Source of the DNA: Eledone cirrhosa | Lineage: Eukaryota | Assembly (NCBI GenBank): GCA_964016885.1 | Contig: OZ024742.1 | Location: 204,724,001-204,788,000, forward strand | Direction of reading: 5' to 3' | DNA length: 64,000 nt | Shown: positions 12,606 to 25,029 of the stretch, one piece after another | Layout of the letters: every line of letters starts with the position of its first letter | How positions within the stretch are numbered: the stretch's first letter is position 1 | Notes under the pieces: generated by a model | What the model was told of the DNA's origin: nothing | The model's database searches: none | Seen by the model: only the letters and a program-made list of their open reading frames with translations | Position numbers and translations under genes: made by a program

Positions 12606-14280
12606 TGCAGGCGACATAGCTAACTTATTCATGGTATGGTGGGACAGTAGACTTAAACAAAAACTTAATGAACAATTAGAAGACAGCTTAACCCTGATAA
12701 TGTACTCCCGCTACGTAGATGATATAAACATCGTAGTTAAGACACTCCCACTAAAGAACAGTCAGGAACTAGAGAAAAACACAATGGAAAGCATCCAGCA
12801 AATAGCAAACTCCATCCACCAGAGCATTAGAGTTACTATAGACTACCCAAGTAGACACCCCAACCATCGATTACCTGTACTAGACACAGAGCTCTGGTTA
12901 GATACAATTAACAACCAAAAACAAATCCTCCATTCCCATTATGCCAAACCCATGACTTCCAAACATCTGATCCACCGAAACTCGGCCATTTCGGACCATA
13001 CCAAAATCAACATACTGATTGCGGATTTAGTACGGGTGATGAGAAATGTGTCCCGCATGTGCAACCCCGAAGAACTAGAGAGACACATACAACACTTCAT
13101 CCACCGTATGCAGTTCTCTGGCTACAATCAGAGAGATAGAATCAGAGTGTATAAAGGAGCCAGAACCAAATGGGAAAAAATGGTAAATAATGACATAAAT
13201 GGGACCTGCCCCTTGTATAGGAGCAAATTTTGGAATAGAATAGAAAGAACTAAGAACAAGGCCAATAGAATAAACTCATGGTATGATAGCAATAAATACC
13301 AGAGTGTAATGTTCATCAATACAACCCCTAGAGGCGAACTAGCCTACAAATTTAGAAGGGCCCTAAAGAAACATAATCTCAATATTAAGATAGTAGAAAG
13401 ACCTGGTACCTCCGTAAAAACACTTATTAGCAAGACATACCCGTTCCAAAGACCCTCATGTATAGATTAGAAATGTATAACCTGTAAAATAAGCCCCCAT
13501 ATTAACTGTAAAACTAGAAATGTAGTATATAGCATAAGATGTACTGAAGGACAATGTAGAAACAAAAATATAGTGTACATAGGTGAGACAGCTCGTAGTA
13601 TAGGGGAACGAATAAATGAACACTGGCGAGACCTCCAAGATAATAAAGAATCATCTGTGCTCTACCAACATGCTAAGATAGAACACAGGGGTAAATTAGA
13701 GAGCATAGAAATAAAAATAGAATCCACACACAAGAAAGACGCAATGTTTAGGCAAATTACAGAGGCAGTAAGCATAAAAGAATTAAAACCAAAATTAAAT
13801 AGAAAATATGAGTGGAACAGCAACATCACAACTTACAATTAAGGACAAAATGAAAACACACACACACATAGAACAAACAACCAACCAAAAATAAATAAAT
13901 AAATAAACAAACAAATAGAAAAATATAAATAGAAAAATAGAAAAATGAACACAAACACACACAGACACCCGGATGTGGCGCATGCGCAAACTGAGCACGC
14001 AACCCACACACAAACAAAATGGCGTAGGATAGAAGAAAGGAAAGGCACAGAAACGAAGAAAGAAATCCCCAGTCACTGAAGAGGTCACAGAGTGTGTGAC
14101 GAAAGAACTATGACTATATATATATAAACAACTATCTGGTTGTGGAACCAACCAACCAACCAGAAATTTATAAATTTGTAAATTTATAAATATATAATAA
14201 ATTAAATTGAAGTGAAAGCAACTGGTGCGTGTGTTTCTTATTGGTAACATGACCCTCCCAAAGTATAACAATATCTGTTT
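12606..14280 (+). mobile_element. Penelope-like element, right arm (5'-truncated, inverted relative to the left arm)
   Basis: IANLFM...RYVDD RT (to 13470), in-frame TAG, then CxxC linker and GIY-YIG (13471-13842), 3' UTR with HHR; near-identical to 9340-11054. Confidence 0.92.
14071..14115 (+). ncRNA. Minimal type I hammerhead in the PLE 3' UTR (core-mutated mirror copy at 9502-9546, - strand)
   Basis: agtca-CTGAAGA-g-gtcaca/tgtgac-GAAA-gaac-TA-tgact. Confidence 0.8.
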
Positions 14281-14867
14281 ATTGTATTATATATAATGTG
14301 TGTATATACAGGATGTCCCCCAAAAATATATACACACTTCAACAGCATTCTAATAACTATTGCCTGTACAGGTAATCAAAGTGTCAATCGAATGTTAGTT
14401 TCGTGTTTTAACAGTACAAATTTACAATACACACATAAAACCAGTGTATATACATACATGAGTGTGTATACACATACATGAATGTGTATATACAATATAT
14501 ATGTATATATATATAGACACATATATTCACGGTGCAACGGAACATTAAAATATAGATGCGGGAGGGGGGGGGGGGTGTATATATAGGGGCGCTGGGGATA
14601 AAGGAGTGTAAAGCGTGTGTAATTGATATATTGAAGGAGAGGAGCGTGCAGCGATAGAGTAACAAATATATAGAGAGGGGGAGAGATGGTATTGAAGGGG
14701 AGGAGTGCAAAGCGAAAGAGTAAGAGAGATATATATAGAGACGGAACAGATAGAGAGAAACAGGCGTAAGTAACAGTGGAAGAGATATATAGAGAGGGGG
14801 AAATGTGTTATTGAAGGGGAGGAGTGTAAAGCGAAAGCGTAAGATATGTATAGAGAGAGGGGGAATA

Positions 14868-14917
<50 letters not shown>

Positions 14918-15065
14918 ACACTTACTCTGATTGGTTGAAAATTAGCCAATGACATACGATCACCACCACCACGGCTATCCCCGAAAAATTTATGAAGGAG
15001 TTAGGCATATATGTTAGAACACGAAAAGTGAACATTCTGTTGTTTCACACTTTTCGTGTTCTAAC

Positions 15066-15170
<105 letters not shown>

Positions 15171-15274
15171 TGTGTATATGTGTATATGTGTATATGCGTA
15201 TGTGTGTATATATGTATATGTTTGTATATGTATATATATGTGTATATGTGTATGTATATGTGTATATATGTATT

Positions 15275-15323
<49 letters not shown>

Positions 15324-15576
15324 GTGTATATATATATAAATGTAAGTATGCATGTATACGTACATACATATATGTATACAGACGTACAGTAGCATGCACA
15401 TATATATATATACATATATACATACATATGCATACAGGTACACATACATATATGCACGTATCAGTTTAGCGGCGCTAACGTCGCTTTGTTCGTTTGTAAA
15501 CAAACTGAACAGCCTGAATTTATGCCATACGGTGTTAAGGCAACCACGTCACCTTTTTGTTCAACACTGACACAGG

Positions 15577-15621
15577 AACGATGTACTAGTTTCAAGCTTG
15601 TTAGCTATCATCAGCACCGTT
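15577..15621 (-). ncRNA. Type I hammerhead ribozyme of the 462-bp repeat
   Basis: Reverse complement of 16105-16149. Confidence 0.88.
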
Positions 15622-16104
15622 TACCCATCTGCCAGATAGTTGAACGTTCGAAAGTATATACTTTCCTTATGAAAATTAACGGCTGAGCAGCCTAATTTGC
15701 ATATTGAGTGAGTTAAATCGGTCAGGCATACCGAAAACGATAAATTGAAACAAAATGAAAACGAAATTTCATTTCTCACTCTTAGTATGGCACTTACTTA
15801 AATGTAAGTATGCATGTATACGTACATACATATATGTATACAGACGTACAGTAGCATGCACATATATATATATACATATATACATACATATGCATACAGG
15901 TACACATACATATATGCACGTATCAGTTTAGCGGCGCTAACGTCGCTTTGTTCGTTTGTAAACAAACTGAACAGCCTGAATTTATGCCTGACCGGTATGC
16001 CTGACCGATTTAACTCACTCAATATGCAAATTAGGCTGCTCAGCCGTTAATTTTCATAAGGAAAGTATATACTTTCGAACGTTCAACTATCTGGCAGATG
16101 GGTA

Positions 16105-16149
16105 AACGGTGCTGATGATAGCTAACAAGCTTGAAACTAGTACATCGTT
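16105..16149 (+). ncRNA. Type I hammerhead ribozyme of the 462-bp repeat
   Basis: aacggtg-CTGATGA-t-agct-aaca-agct-t-GAAA-ctag-TA-catcgtt; cleavage predicted after 16142 (GUA). Confidence 0.9.
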
Positions 16150-16566
16150 CCTGTGTCAGTGTTGAACAAAAAGGTGACGTGGTTGCCTTAACACCGTATG
16201 GCATAAATTCAGGCTGTTCAGTTTGTTTACAAACGAACAAAGCGACGTTAGCGCCGCTAAACTGATACGTGCATATATGTATGTGTACCTGTATGCATAT
16301 GTATGTATATATGTATATATATATATGTGCATGCTACTGTACGTCTGTATACATATATGTATGTACGTATACATGCATACTTACATTTAAGTAAGTGCCA
16401 TACTAAGAGTGAGAAATGAAATTTCGTTTTCATTTTGTTTCAATTTATCGTTTTCGGTATGCCTGACCGATTTAACTCACTCAATATGCAAATTAGGCTG
16501 CTCAGCCGTTAATTTTCATAAGGAAAGTATATACTTTCGAACGTTCAACTATCTGGCAGATGGGTA

Positions 16567-16611
16567 AACGGTGCTGATGATAGCTAACAAGCTTGAAACT
16601 AGTACATCGTT
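16567..16611 (+). ncRNA. Type I hammerhead ribozyme of the 462-bp repeat
   Basis: Identical to 16105-16149, 462 bp downstream; cleavage after 16604. Confidence 0.9.
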
Positions 16612-16907
16612 CCTGTGTCAGTGTTGAACAAAAAGGTGACGTGGTTGCCTTAACACCGTATGGCATAAATTCAGGCTGTTCAGTTTGTTTACAAACGAAC
16701 AAAGCGACGTTAGCGCCGCTAAACTGATACGTGCATATATGTATGTGTACCTGTATGCATATGTATGTATATATGTATATATATATATGTGCATGCTACT
16801 GTACGTCTGTATACATATATGTATGTACGTATACATGCATACTTACATTTAAGTAAGTGCCATACTAAGAGTGAGAAATGAAATTTCGTTTTCATTTTGT
16901 TTCAATT

Positions 16908-16982
<75 letters not shown>

Positions 16983-17002
16983 ATATATATATATATATAT
17001 AT

Positions 17003-17318
17003 AAATGAAGTAATTCCATCGGAAAAGTCCAGGAAAAAAGAGTGCTCTATGTATGCAACAGAGCTTAATTATTATTATTATGTAATAAACAACATAAGGC
17101 AATTATTCCATTTACCAGTGGTTTCTTAAAAGCAAAAGGTTTTTCTTTCAATCTTCAGAATGAAAAAATCCTGGTTTGTTTATTGAATTTGGATTATCTA
17201 ATCCAAATTCAATAAACAAACCAGGATTTTTTCATTCTGAGGATTGAAAGCAAAACCTTTTGCTTTTAAGAAACCACTGGTAAATGGAATAATTGCCTTA
17301 TGTTGTTTATTACATAAT

Positions 17319-17327
<9 letters not shown>
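17003..17327. mobile_element. Palindromic pLTR-like remnant (~130-bp arms, 2-nt loop) with a hammerhead in each arm
   Basis: Centre GGATTA-TC-TAATCC at ~17196; (TA)n on both flanks. Confidence 0.8.
17231..17288 (+). ncRNA. Type I hammerhead (mirror copy with CTGAAGA at 17107-17164, - strand)
   Basis: ttcatt-CTGAGGA-ttgaaagcaaaa/ttttgcttttaa-GAAA-ccactgg-TA-aatgga. Confidence 0.85.
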
Positions 17328-17392
<65 letters not shown>

Positions 17393-17422
17393 ATATGTAT
17401 GTATGTATGTGTGTGTATCTGT

Positions 17423-17474
<52 letters not shown>

Positions 17475-17625
17475 ATGTGTGTGTGTATATATATATATGT
17501 ATGTATATATGCATACGTGTATATGTGTATATATGTGTATATATGTGTGTATATATATGTATGTGTGTATGTATGTATATGTATGTATATGTGTGTGTAT
17601 ATATGTGTGTGTGTATATATGTATA

Positions 17626-17692
<67 letters not shown>

Positions 17693-18185
17693 GTGTGGGG
17701 GTGGGGGTGCGCTCGAGTGTGTGTGTGTGAATGTGTGTGTTTGTGAATGTGTCTGTTGACTTTTGGAATATAGCTTAAGAGAAATTTGAAGATAATGGTA
17801 TGATAGGTACTCAATATTTTGAACTGGTTTATAGAATTCTCTAGGTCTTTGTCACTAAGTAGAACCTTAAAGAATTAGTTTTTAAAGAATTTCCCTTTTC
17901 TTTAAATCCATCAACCATGACTGACCCCCAACGATCTTATAGACACCTGAAATATTGGCATTGTTAGCTTAAGAGGAACTTTAAAATAAGGAGTGGCACC
18001 CCATTCTGAACTTGTTTATAGAATTTTTTATGCCTTTGTCACTCTAAATATAAATTATAGCTTTAAAGAATTAGCTTTTAATGAATTCCCTTTTCTATCA
18101 ACCAATGACCTCTACCCATCCCACTCCCTACCCTCTCCTACCACCTGAAGAGACCTATAAATACCATATTTATTTTTTGATACCC

Positions 18186-18236
18186 AGATTCCTGATGATT
18201 TCTAAAGAATGAAACAGTTCTAGTCCTGTAGAATCT
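18186..18236 (+). ncRNA. Type I hammerhead in a PLE-like 3' terminus (degenerate relative at ~9150-9195)
   Basis: agattc-CTGATGA-t-ttc-taaa-gaa-t-GAAA-cag-ttctagtc-ctg-TA-gaatct; about 85 nt before (TA)n. Confidence 0.85.
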
Positions 18237-18318
18237 CATCTATATTAAAACTTTTATACTCTGCTATGTATTGAGTACCTTACTTACTGTGGTTACCTCC
18301 GATTCAACCAGGAATAAC

Positions 18319-18364
<46 letters not shown>

Positions 18365-18590
18365 GAATATAATAGAGTATCGGATAATCAGCTCACGAAT
18401 TAACGATAAACAATATCCGATATGAGTGGCAGAGGGCTCAATAATTTGGATAAATCAGAGCTATAACCATCGTTAAATTACCAACACATAGAGATTATGC
18501 CTAAAATCACCCGTACAGCCGAAAAAGAACGACCAGGAAGATTCGGGTCACTCAAATAAAATATCAATAAATCAATAATTATATATATAT

Positions 18591-19851
<1,261 letters not shown>

Positions 19852-20709
19852 AAGGTATGTCTATAGAATCATTTGATAAAATATATACACCATTTCCTCT
19901 CCCAATCAGCATAATAAACCACACAAAAACCTATTAAACCAGGCTATAAGATTAAAAGACACCTATGAAGAAATAATAGATAAATAAACGACAGCTATCT
20001 ATTCGCGATCAACAACTATAGAATATTTATCCAGTATTTCTAATAGCCCGTGGAAATCAATTAAATATATCGTCAACCATACATAATTAGGTATAAAATC
20101 AAAGTTAGAAGTAAAAATGTATATAAACATACCAAAGTTACGTTTCTACCCCGCTTTTGGAAATATCCGATCAAGGATAAATTCACGAGCTTCGAAATCA
20201 TCAGGAAACAAACTCACTTGGACGAAGATTTTTCTTAAATGTTCCCCGCCAGAAACGAATTCAAAATGGCTAAGAACTGTGACGTGGCAGTGGTCAAGTC
20301 AGAAAGAATGTGATTGATGCCTTACGGAGAGTTAATTGATTTCCACGTGCTATTAGAAATACTGGATAAATATTCTATAGTCGCTGATCGCAATTTCAAG
20401 GTCATTTATTGAAATGTAACCAGCAGGAGGGGACTTTTACAGCCCCTTTCTTAAACGCTTTATCTTGCTGTCAACCTTCACCATTTTCTGTGTATATATA
20501 TGTGTGTGTGTGTCTGTGTGTGTGTGTGTCTGTATGCTTTAATTCCTTTAAATCTTCATCAACACTCCTTCACTCTCACACTCATTAACACCAATCCGTA
20601 TGAAGAACTCAATGTAATCCAAATATCATGAAAAGAGAAGATGTATTCAAAATGTTTTCGATGAAAAACACAGGAAAACAGAGTCAAGATAAATTAATAA
20701 AAATAATGA

Positions 20710-21570
20710 ATAAAAACAAAGAAACAGTTCCTTATATTAAAAAATTCATCATTTTACGATCGTTTCTAGGATATATATGTGTGTGTCATATAGATCTATG
20801 TAAAAGTTTTACAAACTATCAGAGGGAATATACATACCTACACATATATATGTTGTCTTCAGAAATAATTGTTTCTACTTTAGGCACAAGGCCAGCAATT
20901 ACCCAATGCATTACTGGTACTTTATTTTATTGACCCCGTAAGGATGAAAGGCAAAGTTAACCTCGGCGGGATTTGAACTCAGAATGTAAAGGGACGTAAC
21001 TATGCTAGAAAGCATGGCGTCCGACCCTCTATCGACACTGCCAATTCATTTCAGAATTAATGATATTTGTATATTGAAAAAATCCAACAAAGATTTAATA
21101 TAATAGGTCTGTTTGGGAACAGGTTTTGAATTGACCAATAGAAAAGTAGTAAGTGGTCAAGTTGATAGAATAGTAGTAGTAGAAATTTAATTTAGGGGTA
21201 GAGGAATGCAGACTTCAGTTTTGAATGGAAAGAGTATTTTGAATGAAAAGATGGGGATGAAAATAGGTCAAGCCGGTGAAAGGTACACGAAAATTTGATG
21301 CTATTAAAGAATAATGCTAATGTTAAAATCTAAGGAGAATAAAATTTTACTATAAATGTGTTAGTGAAAAATATCCATCTTATTTAAAACATAAGGAATT
21401 TAGATCTATAAAAAGAAATTAAATTAATTTAATTGATAGGTATATTTATAGGGATAAATTTATATTAATTCATATAGATATGATAAATAAGAGTTAGATG
21501 TTATTAAAGAATGCTGTTGGGGGGGGGGGGATAAATGTATTAGTGAGAAATAACAAATTTATATAGATTA
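20710..21570 (-). mobile_element. 5'-truncated copy of the 3' UTR of the PLE at 28200-29830, interrupted by a SINE
   Basis: Long near-identity to 28220-28920. Confidence 0.8.
20870..21049 (-). mobile_element. tRNA-derived SINE with TSD TTCAGAA(A/T)TAAT
   Basis: Same family as 23673-23862. Confidence 0.88.
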
Positions 21571-21715
21571 TAACAACAAAAATAAAATAAAGATAAATAA
21601 AAATATAGGTATGAACATGATTGAAAGGGGTCGGGGTGGGGGTGCAGAAGCTGTGTTCATGATGGATTTGCATAAGAGAAGAAAGAAGAGAAAAAATGTA
21701 ATAATAATAATAATA

Positions 21716-21892
21716 ATTGTTTCTACTTTAGGCACAAGGCCAGCAATTATTCCAGTGCATTACTGGTACTTTATTTTATCGACCCCATAAGGATGAAAGG
21801 CAAAGTTTACCTCGGCGGGATTTGAACTCAGATCATAAAGGGACGTAACTATGCTGGAAAGCATAGCGTCCGACCCTCTACCGATACTGCCA
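21716..21892 (-). mobile_element. tRNA-derived SINE
   Basis: Same family; inserted in (AAT)n. Confidence 0.88.
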
Positions 21893-22249
21893 AATAATAA
21901 TGATTTCATTTATTGGCCACAAGAGCCGACAATACAAAGACACGGACAGTGGAGGTTTACAATAAACTCGAGTAAAAGTGCATAATGGCAAAACCAATAA
22001 TAATAATAATAATGAGAATAAATAAAATAAAATAAAATAATGAAAATAGAAATACCAAAAAGGGGAAAGGGAGAGGAGAAAGAGAGAAATGAAGGAAGAA
22101 AAGAAAGAGAGAAAGGAAAGAAGAATAGGAAGGAAAAAAGGTCTTTAGTAGAAGTTTCCTTGGATTTATGTTTCCATTTATCTTGTGATGTGTGTGTGGT
22201 TGCAAGTGTTTGCATACATGTGTAGTAAACTGGCTATTCCCATCCATAG

Positions 22250-22800
22250 ATCACTATTTATTGTCTAATGGGGAGCAATTACATCATATAAATGAATTGT
22301 TTTTATTTATTTATTCTCTGTTGTAGAGTGGGAACATTTTGGAGTTGAATATGTTTAATTCTGCAGATGTTATAATGTGACTGTTTAAGGGAGTTTGTCT
22401 CGTGTTTTCATCACAGATTTGTTGGCAATGTATGGTCATTCGTTTGTGTAATGATATTTCCATCTGTCCTATATAATTTTGCAGACATCCCCAGCATGTA
22501 ATCACAGAGTAGGTTTTCCGAGTTGTAGGTGAATTTTTTTTTTTATTCTGAATTTTTTTTTATTATTCTTTGAATTATTATTCTTTATTATTCTTTGAAT
22601 TATTATTCTTTGAATTTGAATTCTGGTCCTTCAATTAGGTATAAGCAGGTACCACAATTTGTTCTTCCATATTTTGTAACTGGGGTTGGAGATTTGTTTG
22701 TGGGTTTTTGCCCCAATCATCTTACGCCCATATTTAAATTGATGAAATAACAAAGTTTGCCAAATTGTAGATCAATTGAATAATATTTAGGGGTTGCACA
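22250..22800 (-). pseudogene. Degenerate PLE GIY-YIG endonuclease fragment
   Basis: ITCWGCLQNYIGQ...LHKRMTIH...NSHI. Confidence 0.7.
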
Positions 22801-23085
22801 CTTTCACATCTTTTTATCTATGACAATTTTTTTGGACCTAACCTGTGGTATATTGTCCTCTCTGTTCTCATTACTAGAGCAAATGAGGAAACTACAGGAC
22901 AGAATGAAATGAAATGAAAATAAGCAGAAGGAATATGTTGGAAATACACAATAATATTGGGTTAAATAGAGAAAGACTTTTTATGGATGAATTGTATTAC
23001 CAGAAACAGCTCCCTTTGTCCTCTGGAGGGCTTGTCCAAATGATAATAAGCAGAAAGATGTTCTAAATATACAATGATTTGGAGG

Positions 23086-23600
23086 TTAAAGAGAGAAACA
23101 TTTTTTATGAATGACATTTATTACCAGAAATGACTTTTTGTAGATCTCTCGACTCACATGGTTAAGTTTTCCTTTGGACAGAAGTTTTCCTTTGGACAGA
23201 ACTATCTTGATCACATATATGGCCACCCAACAAACCTGGTGATAAGCTTCTGAAACCGAGAAGCAGAACTTGGGAGATGGCATAGTCTTCTCAAAGATGA
23301 TTTCCAGAAAGTAGTACAGTCAGTAGATATTCAACCATCTCCTTTTGCTTGTAAAAATCTTCCAGGGACTCATCATCATCCAGGATAGTTTGATAATGAG
23401 AATTATCAATGGAGTCCCAATGTTCCTGGAACATTCTGAACATTGGGATACCAGGACAAGATGATGGGAAAAAGATAGTGAAGCCTTTCTTCAAAGCCAG
23501 TTCAAGAATGTGATGGCAGCAAGCCAGCCACAAAAAAAGATTTTTTTCAGAGCTGCTTCAATTGTTGTATGTGGTGCATGTGAGTGTTACTGGCAGTGGT
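23086..23600 (-). pseudogene. Degenerate DDE DNA-transposase fragment (CxxH-motif type; superfamily not resolved)
   Basis: WLACCHHILEL...GIPMFRMFQEHWDSID and AYHQVCWVAIYVIKI resemble LACRHHILEL / HHARWMAKAIYxLKI transposase blocks. Confidence 0.55.
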
Positions 23601-23672
23601 GTTGGATATGTGTGTGAAATGTTATGTAGTGGGTGTTTAATTAATCCATATTATTTAAGGATCACATCACAA

Positions 23673-23862
23673 GGGCGGTGAATTGGCAGTATCGGTAGAG
23701 GGTCGGACGCCATGCTTTGACGCATAGATGTACGGCCCTTGCCATTCTGAGTTCAAATCCCGCCGAGGTTAACTTTGCCTTTCATCCTTACGGGGTCGAT
23801 AAAATAAAGTACCAGTAATACACTGGGCAATTGCTGGCCTTGTGCCAAAAGTAGAAACAATT
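23673..23862 (+). mobile_element. Full-length tRNA-derived SINE (Meta-core-like) with ~18-bp TSD
   Basis: Box A TGGCAGTATCGG, box B GAGTTCAAATCC, core GCCTTTCATCCTTACGGGGTCGATAAAATAAAGTACCAG; TSD TTATTTAAGGATCACATC at 23651 and 23861. Confidence 0.92.
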
Positions 23863-23954
23863 ATTTAAGGATCACATCCCTTCATCAAAAGATGACTTAA
23901 AGAAACTCAGTTGGAGCAGGATACATAGTATTCTTCTAATGCTGGCATACATTT

Positions 23955-25012
23955 ATCATCATCATCATCATCATCGTTTTACGTCTGCTTTTCCCTGCTT
24001 GCAAGGGTGGGATGGGTCCTATTCAGCACAGCATCTCTCCACTTGTCACGGTCCTTTGTCATCTCCACCGCGAGCTTCAGCGATCTGTGGTCCGCTCTCA
24101 CCACCTCTGCCCATGTTTTTCGTGGTCTTCTTCTAATATGTCTTCCTTCAACTGGCATTTCTTGGCACTTCTTCACCCATCGGTCATCCTCCATCCGCAT
24201 CACATGTCTATACCATCGCAGTCTCCTCTCCTGCACACAACAATTTATCCCTCTCAGACACAGTTTCTCTCTCAACACATCCATGCTCGGCCATTTACGC
24301 ACATTGACATTGCACATCCAACGGAGCATGCTTACCTCCTTTCTCTCCAGCCGTCACATATCCTCTGCAGTTGCTGCCCATGTCTCACTACCATGCAGCA
24401 TCGCGCACCCCACAGAGGCATCATATAACCGGCCTTTCATAAGCAGGGAGAAACCCTTCTTCGTCAGCAGAGGAAGCAGCGCCCTAAACTTCTTCCAACC
24501 CATCCTTATTCTAGATACTATAGCCTTGGAACACCCCCCCTCCCATGCTAATCTAATCCCCTAGGTACTGGAAGCTATCAACCACTTCTGTAGCACCTGC
24601 CTGCATTTGAAAAATGTGTCTATCAATGCGACTTCTACTGTCTAATTTGCCTGTACATCTACTGCATACATATTTCTCCCTACCTGTTAGTTTGCCTGCT
24701 ATCCCATTATATCTCTTGTGTACCCAAGATCTGCATTGTGTACATTTTATAGAATTTATGCCAGTTCCTTTTTTGCATATCGAACATGGCCATTTCCCTG
24801 ACGGAATCAGAGTTTTGTCCTCTTTTCTACTCATCAATACTTTTGTCTTAGCTAGGTTCACTCTCAGTTCTCTTGATTCCAAATGCTGTTTCCATAGCCT
24901 GAATCTATTCTCCAGCTCCTCTACTGATTCTGCTATAAGAACCAGATCATCAGCATAGAGAAGTTCCCATGGACAGCCAGTCTTAAATTCCTTTGTTATG
25001 GCTTGGAGGACT
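23955..25012 (-). mobile_element. RTE-clade LINE, 5'-truncated (family A)
   Basis: [11 protein letters not shown], Cys-rich insert, RLRWY, (TGA)n tail. Confidence 0.9.
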
Positions 25013-25029
25013 ATATATATCACTTACAA

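Larger units (their letters stand above)
15338..16908. mobile_element. Hammerhead-containing 462-bp tandem/inverted repeat array (candidate non-LTR retrozyme), cluster 1
   Basis: About 1.4 units in one orientation (15338-15985), then about 2 units inverted (15986-16908); period 462 bp; (TA)n-type flanks. Confidence 0.85.

Noticed and set aside
9340-14280. Inverted PLE as a pure assembly fold-back artefact
   Set aside because: The arms differ by substitutions and an indel, and the right arm has sequence missing from the left; read-level confirmation is still advisable.
20003-20392. ~60-bp inverted repeat pair
   Set aside because: Real, but no ribozyme core or TSD was identifiable; probably another PLE-type remnant.
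23673-23765. tRNA gene
   Set aside because: Box A/B belong to a SINE head; no cloverleaf.
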